Assembly (NCBI GenBank): GCA_963752285.1
Contig: CAVVXN010000002.1
Coordinates: 256,001 to 320,000 of the forward strand
DNA length: 64,000 nt
Direction of reading: 5' to 3'
Source: an uncultured Planctomycetota bacterium
GTDB lineage: Bacteria > Planctomycetota > PLA2 > JAEUHO01
Shown in pieces: positions 50,685-60,000 of this stretch. Position 1 is the first letter of the stretch. Each line of letters opens with the position of its first letter. A model generated the notes under the pieces. It had not been told where the DNA came from and did not search any database. It saw only the letters and a program-made list of their open reading frames with translations. The position numbers and the translations under genes were made by a program.

Positions 50685-53600
50685 ATGCGCTGCTCGCGTC
50701 TCTTCTCGTCGGCCGGCGCCGGGTGGCTCGTCGCTCTCTTCGTCCTCTCGCTCCTGCTCGCGGGGCGCGCCTCGGCGGGCGACGAGCCGAAGGCCGAGCC
50801 GCCCGCCGTGGGCGACGCGGCCCCGCCCGCGTCCGACGACGCGTCGAAGCCGGAGCCGCCGGTGCTCCACAAGATCTACGTTCCCTTCCGCGACCTGGGG
50901 AAGATCTTCGAGAAGGAGGGCGAGGGCGTCTTCCTCCCGTACGAGGAGTTCCTGTCGCTCTGGCGCCGCGCGAACCGGCCGACGAGCGTCGAGGGTCCGC
51001 CCGTGTCGGCGGCGATCCGCGCCGCCTCGTACGAGGGCGAGGCGAAAGGCGACCTCGTCACCCTCGACGCGACGTTCGAGGTCGAGGTGCTCGCGCCGGG
51101 CTGGCAGCGCATCGCGCTCCCCTTCGCCGGCGCCGGCATCGAGGAGGCGACCGTCGAGGGCGAGCCCGCGCTGGTGCTGCCCCGTCCGAAGGGCGTCTAC
51201 GAGCTCCTCCTCAGGGACCCGGGGCGGCGCACGCTCGTCTTGAGACTCCGCGTGCCCGCGAAGCGCGAGGGCGACGACCTGAAGGCCTCGTTCTCCCTCC
51301 CGCCCGTCCCCCTCTCGCGGCTGCGCCTCGACTTCCCCGGCCGGGCGACGGACGTGGACGTCCGGCCGCGCATCGCGTCGAGCACCGAGCCGCAGCCCGG
51401 CGGCACGACCAGGCTCGTCGCGTTCCTCGGCGCGGTGGACCACATCGAGCTCACGTGGCGGCAGAAGGAGGAGCAGGCGCCGGCGGAGCAGCCCCTCGTC
51501 TTCGCCGAGGTGCAGCACGACGTGCGCGCGGACCCCGGCGTGGTTCGCACCGAGACGGTCGCGAGCCTCTCGATCCTCCGGTCTCCGCTCACGCACCTCG
51601 CGTTCTCCGTCCCGGCCGACGTCGTGGTGCTGTACGTGCAGGGAGACGGGCTCCGCACCTGGGAGCGCTCCGACGACGGGACCCGACTCGACCTCGACCT
51701 GCGCGACCCCGTGCGCGAGCGGTGGCAGGTGAAGCTCGGGCTCGAGCGGCCGCTCCCGCCCCTGCCGGCCGAGCTCTCGATCCCGCTCCCGCGCCTGGAG
51801 GGCGTCGAGCGCGAGACGGGCTTCCTGCGGCTCCTGTCGGGGGAGGGGATCAAGGTCGAGTCCGTCGCGACGGACGGTCTGCTGCAGGTGGACCTCGCGG
51901 AGATGCCCGACGCGCTGCGCAAGGCGCCGGGGGGACGCGCCGAAGCGTGGCGCTTCCCGACGCGTCCGGGCGACGTCCGCGTGCGCGCCGAGTCGCTCCT
52001 GCCGCGCGTCTCGGCGGGCGTGGGGCAGCGCGTGACGATCCGGCCCGAGGGGACCGGGCTCGCCGCGTCGGTGGCGCTCCGCGTGGAGCGCGCGGGGATC
52101 TTCTCCGTGGACCTCGACCTGCCGGGGGACCTGGAGGTCACCGAGGTCCACGTGAAGGGGCCCGTGGGGTACGACGACCACCAGGTGCGCGAGGTGGACG
52201 GACGACGCGTGCTCACGGTGTCGTTCACCGACCGGCTCCTCGGGGAGGCGCTCGTGGAGGTGAAGGGCCGGCGCGCGACGCCGCTCCCGGCCGAGGGCGC
52301 CACGGTCGGCGAGTCGTCGTTCGAGATCCCGCTGCTGCGATTCCCCACGGCCGACTTCGTGCAGGGGTACCTGGCCCTCCACGTGGACCCCTCGATCGAG
52401 CATCGCGAGGCGAAGCGGACGGGGCTCGTGCCGCTCGACCCGAACGCGCCCGCGGCAGAGGAGCCGCCCGCCGAGCCCGCGCTGCCGCCGCTGGCGCGCC
52501 GCTTCGAGTACCTGCAGGGCGACCTCGCGCTCACGCTCGCGCTGAAGCGCCGGGCCCCGTCCGTCGAGGCGGAGGTCCAGACGTCGCTCCGCTTCGAGCC
52601 CGACCGCGTGCGCGTCCAGACGACGCTCGACTACCGGGTGAGCTACCGGGGCGTGGACACCTTCCGCTTCACGGCGCCGCTCTCGCTGAAGGACCGTCTC
52701 CACCTCGATCTCGAGGGCGTGCAGCTCCTCGGTCCCGAGGCCGTGGAGGTGGAGGGGAAGGAGCCGACGCGCGGGCTCTGGACCGTGAAGCTCCCCGCGG
52801 ACCGGCTGGGCGCGGTCCCGATCGCGCTCCAGGTGGACGACGTGCCGGAGGCGGCGCTCGCGTCGGGCACCTCGCGACGCTTCGAGGTGCCGACCTTCGT
52901 GCCGATGGCGGCCGAGGGCGGGCCGCTGCCGAACGTGACGCACTACGTGTCGGTCCGTCGCGATCCCCTGCTCGAGATCACGACCGAGAAGCTCGACCGC
53001 GCCGAGGAGATCGACGCGCGGGAGCTGCCTGCGCCGCTGCGCGGCGAGGACGACTTCCTCGCGCTCCGGGCGTACGAGCCCGAGTGGGCCGCGACGCTCG
53101 TGGTGACGAGGCACGACTACGAGCCCGTCGCCGAGGTCGTGATCTCGCACCTGCACCTCGACACCGTGGTCCACCAGGACCGCGCCACGACCGAGGCGTA
53201 CTTCGTCGTCCGGAACAACGACCGCCAGTCGTTGCGGCTGCGCCTGCCGCACGGCGCGAGCATCCGGGCGCTCACGGTGGACGGCCAGAGCCGCGCGCCG
53301 CGGCAGGGCGAGCCGGGCGAAGAGGACATCGTCCTCGTGCCGCTCCAGACGGGGCGCGCGAAGGACGACGCGTTCACGGTGGCCCTCGTGTACGACCACG
53401 ACGTGAAGCTCTCGTCGGGTCTCGTCTTCGACGACTGGACCCTCTCGTCCCCGGTCCCCCTGGACGTGAAGGCCGACCTCCTCACGTGGCGGGTGTACCC
53501 GCCCGCGAACCTGGAGTACGTCGGTGTCGGCGGGACGGTCGAGCCGGCGGAGCCGTACCGCTCGTGGTTCGGGTCGCTCGTCCAGGGCCTGTTCCGCTCG

Positions 53601-54074
53601 ATCGGGCCGACGCTCCCCCAGGCCGAGACCGACGTGGCGGGCGAGGTCCGCGGGTTCCAGAGCCCGCTCCAGACCCCGCGCGACGGCCGCTGGCTCCTGT
53701 TCCACAACCGCCTCGGCACGGGGACGGTCGAGATCCGCGGCGTGAAGCCGGGGCTGTTCGCCTTCGTCTCGCTCCTGTTCTTCGCGCTGGCGCTGACCCT
53801 CGGCCTCGTCGCCGGCCGGCGGCTCGCGCGGAGCCGTCTCGGCGAGGGCGCGTTCTTCGTCGGCGCGGTGGTCGTGGTCCTCGCGCTGCTCGTTCCCGCC
53901 GGCAAGGGCTCCGCCCAGGTCCTCGACGCGGTGCTCTACGGTCTGCTCCTGGCGGCCGTCGTCCGCTTCCTCGCCCGCGCGCTCGCCGCGGCGCGCGCGC
54001 GCCGCGCAGCCGCGGCGGCCGCGGCGCCGCCGTCCGAGCCGCCCGCGTCCCTGCCGGAAGGGGGTGTCGCGTGA
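50685..54074 (+). CDS. Large exported, C-terminally membrane-anchored protein of unknown function (1129 aa)
   Basis: Signal peptide (GRASA), repeated beta-rich domains and about three C-terminal TMs. SD GGAGG. Confidence 0.8.
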   Translation: MRCSRLFSSAGAGWLVALFVLSLLLAGRASAGDEPKAEPPAVGDAAPPASDDASKPEPPVLHKIYVPFRDLGKIFEKEGEGVFLPYEEFLSLWRRANRPTSVEGPPVSAAIRAASYEGEAKGDLVTLDATFEVEVLAPGWQRIALPFAGAGIEEATVEGEPALVLPRPKGVYELLLRDPGRRTLVLRLRVPAKREGDDLKASFSLPPVPLSRLRLDFPGRATDVDVRPRIASSTEPQPGGTTRLVAFLGAVDHIELTWRQKEEQAPAEQPLVFAEVQHDVRADPGVVRTETVASLSILRSPLTHLAFSVPADVVVLYVQGDGLRTWERSDDGTRLDLDLRDPVRERWQVKLGLERPLPPLPAELSIPLPRLEGVERETGFLRLLSGEGIKVESVATDGLLQVDLAEMPDALRKAPGGRAEAWRFPTRPGDVRVRAESLLPRVSAGVGQRVTIRPEGTGLAASVALRVERAGIFSVDLDLPGDLEVTEVHVKGPVGYDDHQVREVDGRRVLTVSFTDRLLGEALVEVKGRRATPLPAEGATVGESSFEIPLLRFPTADFVQGYLALHVDPSIEHREAKRTGLVPLDPNAPAAEEPPAEPALPPLARRFEYLQGDLALTLALKRRAPSVEAEVQTSLRFEPDRVRVQTTLDYRVSYRGVDTFRFTAPLSLKDRLHLDLEGVQLLGPEAVEVEGKEPTRGLWTVKLPADRLGAVPIALQVDDVPEAALASGTSRRFEVPTFVPMAAEGGPLPNVTHYVSVRRDPLLEITTEKLDRAEEIDARELPAPLRGEDDFLALRAYEPEWAATLVVTRHDYEPVAEVVISHLHLDTVVHQDRATTEAYFVVRNNDRQSLRLRLPHGASIRALTVDGQSRAPRQGEPGEEDIVLVPLQTGRAKDDAFTVALVYDHDVKLSSGLVFDDWTLSSPVPLDVKADLLTWRVYPPANLEYVGVGGTVEPAEPYRSWFGSLVQGLFRSIGPTLPQAETDVAGEVRGFQSPLQTPRDGRWLLFHNRLGTGTVEIRGVKPGLFAFVSLLFFALALTLGLVAGRRLARSRLGEGAFFVGAVVVVLALLVPAGKGSAQVLDAVLYGLLLAAVVRFLARALAAARARRAAAAAAAPPSEPPASLPEGGVA

Positions 54075-57000
54075 CCCGGCGCCGTCGTCTCGGCGCGGCG
54101 CTCGTCCGCGCGCTCGTTCCCGCGCTCGGGCTCCTGTTCGCGCTCTCCCTCGCCTCGTCCGCCCGCGCGGGCGACGACGCGGCAGAGGACCCCGAGGTCG
54201 TCGTCCACGTCCCGGTGGACCAGATGGACGTCCTGCTCGAGGCGGACCGCCGCGGGGTCTTGCTCCACTACGCCGAGTACGTGAAGCTGCTCCAGGAGGC
54301 GCGCGCGCACCTCGCCGAGATGCGGGGGCTTCCCCCCGCGACGGCGGCGATCGTCCGCGCGGACGGAACGCTCGACCTCGCCTCGGCCGAGGGCGCGCGT
54401 CTCGAGATGCGCTTCGACGTGGAGGTCCTCCTGCCCGGGGTCTCGTACCTCGCCTTCCCGCTCGACGGGCTCGGCGTCGAGGACGTTCGGGTCGAGGGCG
54501 GCGGGACGTACGAGGAGACCGGGGGGTGGCAGCACCTCCGCTTCGAGGGCGAGGGCGTGCGCCACGTGACGCTCACGGGATGGGCGCGCGTGGACCAGGA
54601 CGGGCCGTCGAGGGTCGTCGCGATGCGACTTCCGCCGGCGGCCGCGATGGCGCTCAGGACCACGCTCCCACCCGCCGCGAGCGGGAGCGCGATCGGGGAG
54701 GGGGGCGCGATCCCGTTCCAGACCCCCGTGGACCGCCGCGAGCAGCTCTCGATCCGGCCGACGTCGGACGGCAGCGTTCGCGTGGCGTGGGCGCCCGCCG
54801 CGCGCGCCGAGGAGGGCCCGCCCGTCCTCGACGCCGAGACCGACACGCTGCACGTGCTCGAAGACGGCCTCGTCCACTCGAGGGTCGTCGTCCACGTGAA
54901 CGTCCTCAGGACGCCGGTGGACCGCATCGTGCTCCGGATCCCGCCCGAGAGCGCGCTCCGCTCGGTGGGGGGCGACGGCGTGACGGGCGAGGTACGCGAC
55001 GAGGACCGTGCGCGCGTGGTCTTGAGCCTCGACAAGCCGCGGCGCGGTCCGTGGACGGCGACGCTCGACCTCGAGACGCCCCTCGAGGCATCGAAGGCCT
55101 TCGCGCTCCCGCGCGTGCTCGTCGAGGGCGCGATCCGACAGCCGGGCGAGACCGCCGTGCGGGTGGGTCGCGGCGTGGACCTCGAGTCCGTGGACGTGAC
55201 GGGAGGCCGTCGGCTCTCGGCCGGGAAGGACCCGTCGATCCTCCGTTGGGCGCTGGCCGATGCGAGCTCCCGGGTCACGTGTTCCCTCACGCCCGAGACC
55301 GTGCGTCTCGAGGCGACGTCCACCTCGTACCTGAACCTGACGGAGCCGGGGAAGACGCTGATCGACGCGATCACGTACCGCGTCGTGAAGGGCCGGTGCT
55401 TCCTGCTGACCCCCAGCCATCCCGCCGAGGGCTGGCGGCTCGCGTCGCTCCAGGTGAACGGGCGGTCGGACGGGTTCCGGCGCGACGAACGCGCCGACGG
55501 GACCGTCGAGATCCGCCTCGACGGCGGCGTGCCCGCCGGCGGTCGGGTGGCCGTGATCGCGCGATGGGAGCAGACCGGGCTCGACTGGGTGCCCGAGCAG
55601 GGCGGCGTGAACGTGCGCTTCCTCGTGCCGCGCGCGGGCGCGGACCACGAGGAGGGCTACGTCGGCGTCGGCGCCGACGCCTCGTTCCAGGTGCTCGACA
55701 CGGCCGTGGCGGACCTCGCGCCGCTCGGCGCCGCAGAGCTGACGCTTCGCGGCGTGTCGCCGGTGGGCCTGCTCTTCGGGTACCGGCTCGACGGGCCCCG
55801 CCCCGAGGTGACGCTCGCCGTCACGCGCCGCGCGCCGCGCATCGAGGCCGAGGTGGTGGCCGTCGCGCGGCCGCGGCCCCGCCGGCTCGAGGTCGAGGCG
55901 GCCGTGCTGCACACGATCGAGCGCGCCGGCGTGCGGCGCCTCCTGGTGGACGTGCCTCTGTGGGCGGGGGACGACGTCCGGATCGAGGCGCCCGACGTCC
56001 TCGACGCGCACCGTCTGGCGGGCGCGTCGTCGGTCCCGGCGGGTTTCGTGCGCTGGGAGGTCTCTCTCGCGCGTCGCACCATGGGACGCCACGCGCTGGC
56101 CGTGCGGTACCACGAGGAGGAGACGTCGGACGACTGGAGCGTGCCCGCAGGCCGACCGCTCGCCCCGCGCCTCCCGCTCGACCGCGTGGACCGCTCCGTG
56201 GTCGTCGAGCGTGCGCCCGGGCTCGAGGTGAACGTGCTCGGCGACGCGCCGTCGCGCGACCTGGCGGAGCTGCCGCCCGAGGCGGCCGTGGACCCGCTCG
56301 GCGTGCGCGAGGTGGTGCGTCTCCCCGGCGAGATGGACGGACCGGGGATCCAGGTGACGAAGCACGCGGGCGCGCCGGTGCTCGACGCGATCGCGACGGC
56401 CGTCACCATCCGCACCGCGGTGGCGAGCGAGGGCATCCTCCGTTCGCGCGCGAGCGTGCGCCTGGTCAACGTCGGGCGTCAGGTGCTCGAGGTCGTGCTG
56501 CCGCCGAGGAGCACGCTGATCGGGGCCGTCGTGGACCGGGACCCGGTGAAGCCGCTCGCGGGCGCCGACGGCCGACTCCTGATCCCGATCCCGCCCACGA
56601 GGCAGCGGGGCAGGACGACCGAGGCCCACCTCACGTGGGAGACGCGGCTCGGCGGACCGATCGGCGGGCACGTGACGATCCCCTCGCCCACGTTTCCCGG
56701 TCTGGAGGTGCTCCAGACCCACCACGAGGTCTCGTTCGACCCCGCGCTCCGCGTCGAGCGCGTGGCGGGCGACTACGGCGCGCTCGGCGGCGCGCGTGCG
56801 CGCTTCGCGCCCTGGGTCGCGACGCTCCTCGGCGGTCTCGGGCCCCGGACGGTGACGGGGGCCCGGAGCGCGCCCGCGCGCTCGCGCGGCCCCGTCGGGC
56901 GCGACGTCGCCGAACCCCGTCGCGCCGCGGAGGAGGTCTCGCTCCTCCCCTCGAACTTCACCCCGCCGGAGCCGTCCGATCCGGCGTCCGTGGGCCCCGA

Positions 57001-60000
57001 CGCGGTCGTCTTCCGCGACCACGCCGAGGACGACGACGGGGACGGCACGTGGCAAGGCCGGGGGGAGCAACGATACGACGCCGGGCCGCCGGCGGTCACG
57101 ACCCCGCCGACGCCGACGGCCCCGGGGAGCACGCCGTCGCCCACCGGGCCGCCCCCGCCGGCCGCGCTCCCGCCGCCCGTCGCCGCGCAGCCGGCCGGGG
57201 GGGCGCCGGCCGCGGGCCGCGGCGCGCCCGCGCCCGGCGGAGAAGGGCCCGGCGCGCCGCCGAGCCCCCCGCGACCGACCGCCGGCGCGCCGAGCAAGAA
57301 GGGCCTCCTCTCGCTCGACGTCCCGGTCCTCCTCTCTCCGAACCGGCTCGAGGCCGAGCGTCTCGGCACGGGCGGGACGATCGAGGTCTACGTGGCGCGG
57401 GAGACGACCCTCGCCTCGCGGCGCTGGATCTTCCTCCTCGCGTTCGTCGCGGCCGGGCTCTTCTTCGCGCGACGGAGCCGCGCGCGGCGCGTGGGCACGC
57501 CCCTGGTCCTGGCGGGGCTGGCCTTCGCCGTCTACGCGGCGTTCGGCTCGGAGGGCGCGCTCGAGGCCTCGGCGCTCCTCGACGCGGCGACGGTCCTCGT
57601 CGTCGTGCTCGTCGCGTCGTGGCTCGCCCGGGCGACGGTCCTTCGCGCGCCGAGGGCGACGGCGGCGTCGCTCGTGCTCCTCCTCCTCGTCCTGGCTCCC
57701 CGCACGGCGCGCGCGGACGGGAAGTCCGCCGCGAAGCCCGCCGCGAAGCCCGCCGCGCCGCCGACCGTGTACGTCCCGTTCGACCCGAACGACCCGAGCG
57801 TGCCGCGCGCGGACGACCGCGTGTTCCTCCCGCTCGAGGCGTGGCAGCGACTCGTGCGCCTCGCGCGCCCGAACGAGGACCCGGAGGTGGCGCTCCAGGG
57901 GCGGACCGGCGCGGCGACCGCGGTCGCGCACGCCCTCGTGGTGAAGGACGGCGCGGCGGAGGGCGTAACGACGATCGACCTCGAGAAGCGGGGCCCGGGC
58001 GCGCTCTGGCTGGCGCTCCCGCTCACCGGGGTGGCCGTGACCGCGTCTTCGCTCGACGGCGAGCCCGTGGAGCTCGCGCTCGAGGGCGGCATGCCCAACG
58101 TCGCGATCGAGGCACAGGGCGCGCACCATCTCGAGATCCGCTACCGCGTGCCGCTGGTTCCTACGCGCGACGGCGTCACCCTGGCCTGGCGGGTGCCGCC
58201 GTTCGCCCGCGCGGTCCTCGACGTGGAGGCGCCGGGCTTCGACGGCGTGGCGAGGGTCGAAAAGGCCGCGCGCGTCCAGGCGTCGGGCGCCGGGCGCTGG
58301 CACGTGGACCTGGGCCCGATCGGCGAGGTGCGCCTCGCGCTCGTCCACCCGGAGGCGTCCGAGCCCGTGGTGCAGCAGAGGACCCGCGCGGAGAGCCGCG
58401 TCGTGCACCTGCTCGCCGACGGCGGGACCGAGTCCCGCGCGTCCGTGCGCCTGCACGTGCTCCAAGGCGAGGCCCGGTCCGTGACGTTCGCCGTGCCGTC
58501 CGACGTCTCGATCCTCGACGCCACCGGTCCCGCCGTCTCGCGGTGGGACGAGGTGGACGGCGGCGTCCGCCTGACGTTCTCCGAGCCCGTCACGGGCTCG
58601 ACGGACGTCGCGCTCGCGACGTTTCGCGCCGCGCCCGCACCCGGCCGCCAGGAGACCCTGCCCGAGCTGTCGGTCCAGGGGACGACCGGCGAGAGCGGCG
58701 TGGTCGTCGTGCTCTCGTCGGTCGCGCTCCGCGTGGACGTGGACGAAGGGGGGACGACCGGCTTCTTCCGCACGCAGGTGCCCGCGAAGGACACGTGGTA
58801 TCGCATCGATCCGTCGGCGCGGGTCGTCGGCGCGTGGCGGTTCGCGGCCCGCCCGACGCGCTTCGTCGCCCGCGCGGAGCCCGTCGAGGCGTCGCTCGCG
58901 ACGGTGGCGCGCGCCTCCGTGCTCTTCGGGGAGGGCCGGGTCCGGAGCCGGTTCGACGTCGAGGTCGAGATCGACCCGCGCCGTCCGCTCGGCGAGCTCG
59001 TGCTCGACGCCCCCGGCACCGACGAGGTGCGAACCCTCGTGGCGCCGGGGCTCGACACGTGGTGGGCGGAGGGCGAGGGCGAGGGGCGCACGCTCCACCT
59101 TCGCTTCGGGGACCTCGTCTCCGGTCGTGTGCTCGTCCGGGTCGCGTTCGAGAAGCGTCTCGCCGCCGACGCCGACACCGCCTTCGCGCCGCGCCTCGCG
59201 CTCGAGGGCGTGAACCGGGACGTGGGCACGCTGGTCCTCTACGCGCTGCCCGACGTCGAGATCGCGCCGGGCGCGCTCCCGGGCCTGCGGACGATCCCCG
59301 TGGCGTCGGCCGCCGGCCCGGTGCCCGACGAGGACGCCGAGGCGCGCCAGGCGTTCGCGTGGGACGCGCCGCTCGGCGCGTCGCTGCCCGTGGCGCTCGG
59401 GACCCCGGCCCTGGAGGTCGAGGCCGTGGTCGTCTCGGCCGCGCGCCCCGGGGAGGAGGCGACTTCTGTCGATCACCTCGTGGTGTTCGACGTCCGTCGC
59501 GGGCTCCAAGATCGATTCTCGCTCTTCGTGCCCGACGGCGGCTTCGCCGACGCCGACGTCGTGCGCACCCGCGACCTCCGGGAGATCCGACAGGAGCCCG
59601 CGCGCCGGCGCGGGGCCGACGGGGTGGAGGTGGAGGGGACGCTCTACACGCTCCGGCTCCAGACCGCACGAGGGGGGCCCGTCGAGGTGACGGTCAGCCA
59701 GGCGCTGCGGCCCGACCACCCGCTTCGCGTGGTGCGACCCGAGGACGTGAAGTCCGTCCACTGGTTCACCCTCCTGGGCGGGTACGCGGACGGCGAGGTG
59801 GACTCGAAGGTCCTGGGCGGGGCGCCCGATCCCGCGGCGTGGGACGAGCTGCCGTTCCTCCCCACGGCGCTCACGGCCGCGGACGTGGTCCGTGCGTGGA
59901 CCGCGCGCGAGCCGTTCGTGCTGGACGTGGCGGTGCGCCCGCACACCGTCCAGCTCGACGCGGACGCCGTCGTACGGTCGGCCCGCGCCATCGTCGTCGT

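Noticed and set aside
57726..57757. 12-bp tandem repeat CCGCCGCGAAGC, about 2.7 copies
   Set aside because: It is in frame and encodes an AAKP linker. It is neither a CRISPR array nor a frameshifting repeat.
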